Of a DNA stretch of 64,000 nt, positions 28,401 through 36,685 are shown piece after piece. The translations under genes were made by a program, and so were the position numbers. Within the stretch, counting starts at the first letter, position 1, and each line of letters opens with the position of its first letter. The stretch lies in NCBI GenBank assembly GCA_017650325.1, contig JAGCFC010000166.1, forward strand, positions 1,131 to 65,130, written 5' to 3'. The notes below the pieces were generated by a model, which ran no database searches, was not told the origin of the DNA, and saw only the letters and a list, made by a program, of their open reading frames with translations. Source of the DNA: Salinivirgaceae bacterium (GTDB lineage Bacteria > Bacteroidota > Bacteroidia > Bacteroidales > SZUA-534).

Positions 28401-28712
28401 CACCATGTCGGGGACAAGACTAACGTTGTACGGACCATTACCGCTAACGGTAATTTCTTCAGTAGTGTAGCCAATGTAGGAAACCTGAAGAACATCACCG
28501 TCGGCAGCGTTCATTGTGAACTCACCGTTGCCTGCGGTAATGGTACCAGTTGTGGTTCCCTTAATAACTACGTTTGCTCCCGGAATGGGAAGTTGCGATT
28601 CGTCAAGAACCTTACCCTTTACTTCATGCTGTTGGGCAAAAGCTCCGACGGATAGCAGCATCATTGACAGTGCAAGCACTGCGTTTTTCCATAATAGATG
28701 CATTTTCATCAT
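25482..28712 (-). CDS. SusC/RagA family TonB-dependent outer-membrane transporter
   Basis: Signal peptide. Carboxypeptidase-regulatory-like N-domain (VKGKVLDESQLPIPGANVVIKGTTTGTITAGNGEFTM). Plug (EVVVVGYGTQKKSDLTGSV..IESMEILKDAASAAIYGAEAGNGVVLITTK). Long beta-barrel ending in F. Confidence 0.9.
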   Translation of the reverse strand: MMKMHLLWKNAVLALSMMLLSVGAFAQQHEVKGKVLDESQLPIPGANVVIKGTTTGTITAGNGEFTMNAADGDVLQVSYIGYTTEEITVSGNGPYNVSLVPDMVGLSEVVVVGYGTQKKSDLTGSVASVRSDDLKKLSITDAASALQGKASGVQILNYSGAPGQGAAIRVRGYSSNSGNIGPLLIVDGLKVDNIQYLDPSMIESMEILKDAASAAIYGAEAGNGVVLITTKSGQDKGEGTITYSYKFTQNQLAKKPGVMNREQFIDFKKMQGINIEADMEARGDDGEIDTDWADALFEKSQTHQHSLSMQGGNQRGHYFVSLNFLDNNGIVVGDRDVYKRLSSQINADYKIKDWLTVGTNTSIEKWSTKSVSHRSETNSVMMAVIQNDPLTPVYYDSFEDFPSANQTKYEADPSLAVRDDDGRLLAVSKYVENDHGSPLIQLYRTNADNGGVSVRGTAFANLSPFKGFVYTSRLGYRLNYSTRHSYSTPYWANSMALSQEYNLSAAANTGLYYQWENFFNYNVDFGKSNVGVMAGMSYIENKSDNVDGSAQGKGILPAYDEQFRYLSYVQEQENVTEGTSTLSKDEVTVSFVKGSTATIDDIESVTIKTTNTEKLCKKSFGNSPSRSANMSYFGRLTYSYDNKYSLQFNFRADAFDDSKLSKENRWGKFPSVSAGWTLSNESFIKDNISTDIMSFLKLRASWGRNGNINVLNGYPYKASLNYNQSWYQYGVEDGASKSYGSLPSRLANPDLKWETSEQIDLGLDARFLNSRLSLGIDWYKKTTKDLLVDVTPMLEVGFSSVTKNAGEIENKGLEIELGWKDKLGDFNYSVNGNFSTLKNKVTYIHPDAGARILHGSYYVNQIRNAFEEGHPIWYFYGYKLDHINPEDGTFELQDLDGDGKVTDADRTDIGQGMPKYTYGLTINLEYKGFDFTVFGTGVGGNSIFPVLFRTDRQYNNTLEYYHKNSWSEDNRNAKFPNPEECKTRSDFWASDANIFKGDYFKFKQIQLGYTLPADITKKAYIQNARVFVSLDDFFTITKYPGLDPETATTENADQMGIDLGTYPVSKKLIFGVSVTF

Positions 28713-29139
28713 ACAAAAGTTTTTGTTAATTATTAAATAGATTAGTCACCGGCTGGCGAATTCCTAGAATCCACCAGTTTATCTTGAAAAATGTTGTTGT
28801 TGCATACATAGTCACATTTCGAAGTACGAATTTCCGAAATGCCTTTTGTATCCTACTAAAAATGTGTTTCATATTTTTTCTTGTTTGTAACATCTTTTTT
28901 TATTTTTGTTACAAAATTTTTCAATAACATAACATTATCGGTAATTATGTTGTTGAATAATAGATCGATAAAGATTTTTAAAGGTACTTTTTAACTTTAT
29001 AACAAATGGAGAGAGTGTTGCAAGACTGCGAAATGCAAGCGCAAAGCGGATTAGAGGGTGTAATTCATCATTTTGGGTGTTTTTTTGGCCACGCACGACC
29101 ACTACCTCCAAGTGTTATTGTTTTATTGAAGCATGTCGT

Positions 29140-32100
29140 ATGAAACGATTTTTGTCATTCTGTTGCGTATTGTTGCTCTGCGGGGGTCCTGCAAGGTCAA
29201 ATGATTGTGTTGTCTTTACATCCGAACGTGAGTTGCCGTCGAGTATGGTTAACCAGGTGTTTCAGGATTCTGACGGAGTTATCTGGTTCGCAACTGAAGG
29301 CGGTTTGGTCAGGTTCGACGGTGCCGATTATGTTACATTTCAAAAAAGCGAGACGGACACAACTTCGCTGCAGAACAACTACGTACGATTGCTTCATGAG
29401 GACAGCGACGGACGTTTTCTGGTCGGTACTCTCACGGGGCTTCAATTATATGATCGCGACTCACGGTCATTCAGCGGCATACGTCCATATATCGATGGAA
29501 TGAGATTTCCTCAGGGCATTAACGTGTCTTGCATAACAGAGGTTGACAGCGTTGTTATGGTTGGAACGTCGGGCTATGGAATTTTTGTGCTTACTAGCGT
29601 CAATGGTGTGTTGTCGCTGGTTCAGGACCCTGACTTGTTGCCCAATTGCTACTATATAGAAAAAATGATGTGTGACAGCCGCGGCAATCTTTGGATTGCC
29701 ACGCTAGATAAAGGCGTGTTTGTGCTTGACGGTCGCCGAAGGGTTATTGGATCGTATGCTTTTGATAGTAACGAATCTTGTTTCTCATTGGTTGAGACGT
29801 CAGATGGTGTATATATAGGTACGTCGCGGGGAAACTTGCTTTATTGTGATCTGACCAAGGACCTTTCGATTCAACCATCGGTAAAAATGCGTCTCCGCAG
29901 TGCAATTGTCGATCTGTATAATGCTGCCGATACAACTACGTTGCTGATTGGCACTGATGGCGACGGGCTCAAAGTATATAATATTGTTACAAATGAATTG
30001 TCCGATTATAATTTGGGTCTTGTCGGGTTAAATAGCAAAAAGTTAAAGGTTCATTCAATAATGCAGGATCGGCGAGGCAACTTATGGCTTGGCTGCTTTC
30101 AGCAGGGCGTAGTGTTGGAACCGGTGACTGAAAATGAGTTTGTATTTATAGGTAGCCGTTCGTCTGTGGCCAACACAATAGGGTCATGTTGTGTCATGTC
30201 GGTCACTTGCGACGGGAACAAAATATGGGTGGGCACAGATAATGATGGAATATACCAGTTGAATGCTGATTTCTCGTTATCGCGTCATCTTTCTGCTGAC
30301 GGCCCGAATGGCAGTGCCCCGCGGACAACACTTTGTATCCATAGAGATTCCTACGGAACGGTGTGGGTGGGGTCATATCTTGAAGGACTTTTCAGATTGA
30401 ATGAGAGCACAAGAAAGTGCGAGCCTTTTGAATTGCAGAATGACGCTGACAGCAGCAAGGTGAACAGCGTTTATTGTATGGCCGAGGATGCCAACCACAA
30501 CTTATGGGTTGCGGTTGCCGGTCGCGGACTTTGCAGAATCAACACCAAGACATTTGACCAGAAAATTTACCATACGTTACAAGGTGGCGTCGGGTATTCA
30601 GAGGATCTCAACCTGCTGTCGCAATCGTGGATTAACACATTGTTGCTAGTGGAGGACAAGCTCTATTTCGGCGGATATGACGGTTTTGGATGCCTAGATA
30701 CCGGGACCGATGATTTCTTGTCGTCTTTGGGGACAAACAGGTTGCTGGCGGGCGAGGTTGTATACGCCATGCATGAAGATGCCGATGGAGAAATATGGGT
30801 CGGAACGGCGAACGGATTGTTCAGATTTGATCCGCAGACACGAGACATTGTGAGGTATACAATGTCGGATGGATTGCCTAGTAACTCAATATCATCTATC
30901 GAGAGCGATTCGGAAGGAAATCTATGGATAAGCACTAACGGAGGAATTTCTTGTTTAATCAGGCAAGACTATTCCTTCTCAAATTATTATGCGTCTGACG
31001 GGTTGCAGTGTAACGAGTTCAGTAAGTCGGCTTCGAGTGTGAATTCGGATGGAATGCTCTTTTATGGCGGAGTTAGCGGAATGATTTGCTTTTATCCTCA
31101 AAAAATCAAAAAACATTATTCGATTCCCGGAATTAGAATTACCAATTTCTATATACACGACAAAGCTGTCACTAAAGGAATGCTTTCTGGTGGGAAGCCG
31201 ATAATCAATCGGGAGATCACAAAAGAGGATGACGTTTATCTGTCGCATACCGACAATTCTTTTAGTATAGAGTTTACTGCCATGGAATTCACCAATCCTG
31301 AGCGCGTGGGTTATTTGTATAATATGGACGGAAACGGATGGATCCACTTGAGTCATGGCAGCAATAAGGTGTCGTTTAGTAATTTGAAATACGGAACGCA
31401 CGAATTTAGCGTTAAGGCTGCCAACGCAAATTCGTTTTCGAAAACACGTAAACTCACAATTCATATTGCGGCTCCATGGTATGCAACAACTGTGGCTTAC
31501 ATCGGTTATTTATTCATGTCGGTGGTGATTATTGTGCTCGTATCGTTGCATTTGCACCGCAGTCGTGTTTTACGGGCGCAGGTGTTGGAGCACAAACACG
31601 CGGAAGATATTAACGAAGCGAAGCTGCAATTCTTTATGAATATTTCTCATGAGATCAGAACTCCTATGTCGCTGATTATTGGTCCTTTATATAAGCTTAT
31701 CGGTTCTGACAAGGATGAGGAGCGTCAACGCACATACGATGTTATCAGAAGGAATGCCGAGCGTATTCTCAGCCTTATTAACCAACTCATGGATATACGC
31801 AAGATAGATAAGGGTCAGATGCGGTTGTGTTTTGCGGAATCCGACATTGTCGGCTTGGTAAGGGGAGTATGCAACAATTTCGAATATCAAGCTAAATTGC
31901 AGGAGGTGGACTTGAATTTTGTGTCAAATGCCACAGAAATAAAAGCATGGGTTGACGCTGGGAATTTCGACAAGATCATTATGAACATGCTGTCGAACGC
32001 GTTCAAATTCACTCCTCGCGGAGGTTATGTGAATGTGTCGTTGGAGCTGATGCCGGCCAGCACAGATGAAAGTGCTCCCAATGAGGGTTGCATTGTCATA

Positions 32101-33243
32101 GATGTTGAAGACAGCGGAACCGGTATAAACCCTGAGGATCTAAATAGAATATTTGACAGATTCTATCAGTCAGGCGGGAAAAAGGCGGCGCCGGGAACAG
32201 GCATAGGTCTCCATCTTACAAAACTGCTTGTGGAATTGCATCATGGAACAATCGAGGCTTTCAATAACATTGACAAGCCGGGTTGCCATTTTACAGTCAG
32301 ATTACCGATGGGCACCCGACATTTGACTAATGATGAGTTGCTTGCGAAAGATGTACGACAAGTTGATGAAAATGAGTATCAGTCGCCAATTCCGGTGGAA
32401 AATACCCAGACGGAGACGATTCCTGAAACAAAAAAACGTTCGAAGACGAAATATCAGGTTCTTCTTGTGGAGGACGATGATGAGATAAGGCATTATATAA
32501 AGGAAGAATTGTCGTCCGATTTCCATGTGAGTGAATGTGTGAATGGAGAAGAGGCCCTCGACTTTGTTTTGCGCAACACGCCCGATATTGTCATCAGTGA
32601 CGTGTTAATGCCGGTTATGGACGGCAAGACATTGTGTCAGAAGATAAAACAGAACATCACGGTCAATTATGTGCCAGTGATTCTGCTGACATCGCTTACT
32701 TCTGAAAACGACAAGATTGAGGGACTGGATGTTGGTGCGGACGCTTATATGACGAAACCTTTCAATGTTGAAGTTCTGAGGCATGCGGTTATGAATCTGT
32801 TGCGCAGCAGGGCGACGCTTAAAAACAAATTCCAGGGCAGGCAGTCTCAGGCGGGCAACATAAAGAAACTGGAGGTTAGTTCGCCCGACGATCGTTTGAT
32901 GCAGCGTGTTATGACTGTGGTGAACAAAAACATCGGCAACCCCGATTTAAGTGTTGAAATGATTGCAAGCACCGTAGGCATAAGCCGTGTCCACTTGCAT
33001 CGCAAATTGCGGGAGTTGACAAACCAGACGGCACGCGATTTTATCCGCAACATGCGACTGCAGCAAGCCGCATCGTTGCTATCCGAAAAACGTCACAGCA
33101 TATCAGAGGTTGCTGAAATTGTCGGATTCCAAAGCGTACCTCATTTTTCAACCGTATTCAAGGATTTGTATGGTGTATCGCCGAGTGACTATATGGAGCA
33201 AAGCAGGTCTGAGGCGGAAAGTGAGGCCAATAATGTCGATTAA
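29140..33243 (+). CDS. Hybrid two-component system sensor kinase/response regulator with AraC-type HTH (HTCS)
   Basis: Signal peptide and a repetitive periplasmic sensor (repeated ..G.LW(I/V)(G/A)T..G(L/V)..). TM, then H-box FFMNISHEIRTPMSLI, an ATPase domain (DSGTGI..GTGIGLHL), a receiver (VLLVEDDDEIR..DIVISDVLMPVMDG) and an AraC-type HTH (VGISRVHLHRKLRELT..GFQSVPHFSTVFKDLYGVSPSDY). Start set at ATG 29140 (MKRFLSF..). Confidence 0.9.
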   Translation: MKRFLSFCCVLLLCGGPARSNDCVVFTSERELPSSMVNQVFQDSDGVIWFATEGGLVRFDGADYVTFQKSETDTTSLQNNYVRLLHEDSDGRFLVGTLTGLQLYDRDSRSFSGIRPYIDGMRFPQGINVSCITEVDSVVMVGTSGYGIFVLTSVNGVLSLVQDPDLLPNCYYIEKMMCDSRGNLWIATLDKGVFVLDGRRRVIGSYAFDSNESCFSLVETSDGVYIGTSRGNLLYCDLTKDLSIQPSVKMRLRSAIVDLYNAADTTTLLIGTDGDGLKVYNIVTNELSDYNLGLVGLNSKKLKVHSIMQDRRGNLWLGCFQQGVVLEPVTENEFVFIGSRSSVANTIGSCCVMSVTCDGNKIWVGTDNDGIYQLNADFSLSRHLSADGPNGSAPRTTLCIHRDSYGTVWVGSYLEGLFRLNESTRKCEPFELQNDADSSKVNSVYCMAEDANHNLWVAVAGRGLCRINTKTFDQKIYHTLQGGVGYSEDLNLLSQSWINTLLLVEDKLYFGGYDGFGCLDTGTDDFLSSLGTNRLLAGEVVYAMHEDADGEIWVGTANGLFRFDPQTRDIVRYTMSDGLPSNSISSIESDSEGNLWISTNGGISCLIRQDYSFSNYYASDGLQCNEFSKSASSVNSDGMLFYGGVSGMICFYPQKIKKHYSIPGIRITNFYIHDKAVTKGMLSGGKPIINREITKEDDVYLSHTDNSFSIEFTAMEFTNPERVGYLYNMDGNGWIHLSHGSNKVSFSNLKYGTHEFSVKAANANSFSKTRKLTIHIAAPWYATTVAYIGYLFMSVVIIVLVSLHLHRSRVLRAQVLEHKHAEDINEAKLQFFMNISHEIRTPMSLIIGPLYKLIGSDKDEERQRTYDVIRRNAERILSLINQLMDIRKIDKGQMRLCFAESDIVGLVRGVCNNFEYQAKLQEVDLNFVSNATEIKAWVDAGNFDKIIMNMLSNAFKFTPRGGYVNVSLELMPASTDESAPNEGCIVIDVEDSGTGINPEDLNRIFDRFYQSGGKKAAPGTGIGLHLTKLLVELHHGTIEAFNNIDKPGCHFTVRLPMGTRHLTNDELLAKDVRQVDENEYQSPIPVENTQTETIPETKKRSKTKYQVLLVEDDDEIRHYIKEELSSDFHVSECVNGEEALDFVLRNTPDIVISDVLMPVMDGKTLCQKIKQNITVNYVPVILLTSLTSENDKIEGLDVGADAYMTKPFNVEVLRHAVMNLLRSRATLKNKFQGRQSQAGNIKKLEVSSPDDRLMQRVMTVVNKNIGNPDLSVEMIASTVGISRVHLHRKLRELTNQTARDFIRNMRLQQAASLLSEKRHSISEVAEIVGFQSVPHFSTVFKDLYGVSPSDYMEQSRSEAESEANNVD

Positions 33244-33506
33244 GATTTAATCAATTTGCAAACGTTTGTTTTTGATTAATGATATAATAGATATATTGTT
33301 TTGTTTTATAAATAATTAAATGAAAATAATGTTACATTGAGATAAAAAAAAGTAACAATTTTGTGTACTTTTTGTAACATTTGGAGAAAAAAATGTCTCA
33401 TTTGTGAAAAATGGTATGAAATACATTTATAATCTTTGGGGCGTTGCATAAGGCAAAAATGCATTTATGTGAAAGTGACTATAAACATTTAATAACCAAA
33501 CATTTT

Positions 33507-36500
33507 ATGATGAGGAAACATCGATTATGGAAATTGGCGGTTGCAATACTGCCAATGATGTTGCTCTCTTTCAGCGTCTTTGCGCAGAAACATCAGGTTT
33601 CTGGAAAGATTTTGGATGAGGAGCAAATGCCCATTCCGGGTGTTAACGTTGTAATTAAAGGTACAACGATTGGAACAATTACTGGAGGTGACGGTACATT
33701 CAGTATGCAGGCCGCCGACAATGATGTGCTGGTTATCACTTACATTGGTTACACCACTGAAGAGATAACCGTTAAAGGTGCCGGCCCCTACAACTTGTCG
33801 TTAGCTCCTGACGTAGTTGGTTTGAGTGAAGTTGTGGTTGTCGGTTATGGACAACAGAAAAAAGCCTCAGTTGTGGGTGCCATCACCCAGACAACTGGTG
33901 CGACACTTCAACGTGCCGCTGGTGTCTCGAACATTGGTGCCGCTTTGACAGGTAACTTGCCGGGCGTCATCACTACTCAGGATACTGGACAGCCAGGTGA
34001 GGAGGATGCTAAAATTGTAATCCGTGGTACAAGTTCATGGAACGGCAGCGATCCGTTGGTTTTGGTCGACGGTATCGAGCGTTCGATGAATTCTGTCGAC
34101 ATTACTTCGGTTGAGAGCATCTCAGTTTTGAAAGACGCTTCTGCTACTGCAGTTTACGGTGTGAAAGGCGCTAATGGCGTTATCCTTATCACCACCAAAC
34201 GTGGTGAAGAGGGTAAGGCTCGCATCGATGCCGGTTTCACTACCACAGTAAAACGAGTTTCGAAGCTGCCTAATAAGTTGGATGCCTACGATGCTTTGGT
34301 GGCTCGCAACAAAACTGTTGAGATGGAGTTGCCTGTAACACCGAAAGACTCTTGGGAGTACATCACACCGCAGAGCGAAATTGAAAAATATCGCGACCCG
34401 GATGGTGTAACCACCAATGAGCAGGGCCAGACACTCTTGAATAGAGAGCGTTACCCGAATGTCGATTGGCAGGATGAGTTGTTCCGCAAACAGGCCATTT
34501 CATACAATGCCAACTTGAGTATCAGTGGTGGTACAAAAGCCGTTAGATACTATGGTTCGGCCGACTATGTTTACGAGGACGACCTTATGCGTTTGTTCGA
34601 CAACGGACGTGGTTATGAGACTGGTTACAGTTATCAGCGTATCAATGCCCGCAGCAATATCGACTTTACAATTACTAAATATACAGTGTTCAAAATGAAC
34701 CTTGCCGGTTCGCTTGGCATTAAGAAGGCTCCGGCAATGAACGCTGGCGATACCTGGCAGGAAGGTCAGCGCTGGGCTGGTGCTTACAACATTGCACCTG
34801 ACGTGTTCCTTCCACAGTATAGCGATGGCGCATGGGGCTACTATCCTCAGGTTTCGAACGTAACAAACTCTGCACAGAACTTGGCTTTGGCCGGTATGGC
34901 AAAGAAAACCACAAACTCTATTACCACTGACTTTATTCTTGAGCAGCGTCTCGATTTCTTATTGAAAGGTTTGAGTGCACGTGCAAACATGTCAATGGAC
35001 AACCAGTTTGAGGAGAATGGCCGTGGCGTGCAGGACGCATATAACGACGCTCAGGAAAAATGGATTGACCCGAAGACTGGTCAGGTTTATATCCGTCACG
35101 ATATTGATGGTGACAATACTGGTTTCGACTGGGCTGAGCAAGTTAGCTGGTCAACTAATGGAGGTTCGATGGGTAGTGTTAACCGTCGTTTGTACTATCA
35201 GGCACAATTGAACTGGGCACGCGATTTCGGTGCACACGGCATTACTGCCATGGGATTGTTCTCACGCAACAAACAGTTGTTTGGCGATGGTATCCCATCG
35301 TATCGTGAAGACTGGGCCTTCCGTACCACTTATAATTATGCCGGACGTTACTTCTTTGAGTACAACGGCGCCTACAACGGTTCTGAGAAATTTGCCCCTG
35401 AAAACCGTTTCGCATTCTTCAACTCTGGTGCTATTGGCTGGATGATTTCTGAAGAAAGCTTCATGTCATTCTTCAAGGAGAACCACTATATTGATATGTT
35501 GAAAATTCGCGCATCATTGGGCGAGATTGGTAGTGATAATGCCGGATCATTCCTTTATATGGACGAGTGGGCATACGGCGGCAAGGCAGGTATGACACTT
35601 GACGGCGGTGGCGATAGTATCTATACCTTCTATAGAATGTCGAAGTTGGGTAATAAAGACGTTCACTGGGAGACAGTGCGCAAGTTCAACTTCGGTATCG
35701 ACTATTCGTTGTTCCAGGGATTGTTTGCAGGTAACATCGAAATATTCCGTGACAAGCGTTACGATGTGCTTCTTAACGGTAGCGATCGTGCAACTCCGGC
35801 ATATTTTGGTTTCGATGTTCCAGTGTCGAACCTTGGTGAGGTTCATGCAAAAGGTTATGAGATTGAGCTTCGTATCAACAAACAGTTCAACCGCGAGACC
35901 CGCGCATGGGCTAACTTCAGCATCACCCACAACGAGAATGAAATTATCGAAAAAGATGATGCTCCTCTGAAACCTAACTATCAGAAAGAAGAAGGCTACG
36001 CAATCGGCCAGTACAGAACGTTTATCGATCGGGGATTCATCAACAACATCGATGAGTTGTATGGTAGCCCGGCATTTGAGACCGACGACCGTTTCCGTCT
36101 TCCTGGCAGCTACTACATTGTCGATTTCAACGGCGACGGTGTTATTGATAGCAAGGATAGCGCACCTTACGGATACACAAGTACTCCGCAGAACACTTAT
36201 AACGCCACTTTGGGCTTTGAGTGGAAAGGTTTCAGCGGATTTGTACAGTTCTACGGCGTCCGCAATGTAACACGTGACGTTGTGCTTCAGAGCTTCGGAC
36301 AAAAACTGAACACCGTTTATGATATGGGTGAAATATGGTCAAAGGAGAATCCCGATGCCGACGTAACCCCGTATCGCTGGAGCACAGCTCCGGTGAGCAA
36401 GGAAGGTGGACAGTTCCCCGCATACGGAACACAATACATCTTCGATGGTTCGTATGTTCGTCTGAAGAATGTTGAGTTGGCATATTCATGGCGCGAGAAC

Positions 36501-36674
36501 AGCTGGATTAAGAATATTGGTTTCAAATATCTGAAGGTGTTTGTCAACGGCAACAACCTTTGGTTGTGGACCCGTATGCCTGACGACCGCGAGGCCAACC
36601 TTGGTGGTGGCGGTTTCTTAGGTGCTTACCCAACTGTAAAACGTTTCAATATTGGTCTTAAATTAACACTCTAA
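33507..36674 (+). CDS. SusC/RagA family TonB-dependent outer-membrane transporter
   Basis: Signal peptide, carboxypeptidase-regulatory-like N-domain (VSGKILDEEQMPIPGVNVVIKGTTIGTITGGDGTFSM), plug (VESISVLKDASATAVYGVKGANGVILITTKRG) and a long barrel. Start set at ATG 33507 (MMRKHRLW..). Confidence 0.9.
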   Translation: MMRKHRLWKLAVAILPMMLLSFSVFAQKHQVSGKILDEEQMPIPGVNVVIKGTTIGTITGGDGTFSMQAADNDVLVITYIGYTTEEITVKGAGPYNLSLAPDVVGLSEVVVVGYGQQKKASVVGAITQTTGATLQRAAGVSNIGAALTGNLPGVITTQDTGQPGEEDAKIVIRGTSSWNGSDPLVLVDGIERSMNSVDITSVESISVLKDASATAVYGVKGANGVILITTKRGEEGKARIDAGFTTTVKRVSKLPNKLDAYDALVARNKTVEMELPVTPKDSWEYITPQSEIEKYRDPDGVTTNEQGQTLLNRERYPNVDWQDELFRKQAISYNANLSISGGTKAVRYYGSADYVYEDDLMRLFDNGRGYETGYSYQRINARSNIDFTITKYTVFKMNLAGSLGIKKAPAMNAGDTWQEGQRWAGAYNIAPDVFLPQYSDGAWGYYPQVSNVTNSAQNLALAGMAKKTTNSITTDFILEQRLDFLLKGLSARANMSMDNQFEENGRGVQDAYNDAQEKWIDPKTGQVYIRHDIDGDNTGFDWAEQVSWSTNGGSMGSVNRRLYYQAQLNWARDFGAHGITAMGLFSRNKQLFGDGIPSYREDWAFRTTYNYAGRYFFEYNGAYNGSEKFAPENRFAFFNSGAIGWMISEESFMSFFKENHYIDMLKIRASLGEIGSDNAGSFLYMDEWAYGGKAGMTLDGGGDSIYTFYRMSKLGNKDVHWETVRKFNFGIDYSLFQGLFAGNIEIFRDKRYDVLLNGSDRATPAYFGFDVPVSNLGEVHAKGYEIELRINKQFNRETRAWANFSITHNENEIIEKDDAPLKPNYQKEEGYAIGQYRTFIDRGFINNIDELYGSPAFETDDRFRLPGSYYIVDFNGDGVIDSKDSAPYGYTSTPQNTYNATLGFEWKGFSGFVQFYGVRNVTRDVVLQSFGQKLNTVYDMGEIWSKENPDADVTPYRWSTAPVSKEGGQFPAYGTQYIFDGSYVRLKNVELAYSWRENSWIKNIGFKYLKVFVNGNNLWLWTRMPDDREANLGGGGFLGAYPTVKRFNIGLKLTL

Positions 36675-36685
36675 TGCTTGAACCG

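Noticed and set aside
35547-36302. 251-aa ORF on the minus strand
   Set aside because: It is antisense to the SusC barrel with no motif. This is the typical shadow ORF of a long gene.
25482-36674. Possibility that the two HTCS-flanking SusC genes are a recent inverted duplication or gene-conversion tract
   Set aside because: DNA identity in the similar N-terminal part is only moderate with many synonymous differences, and the barrels and the partner SusD genes are clearly different.
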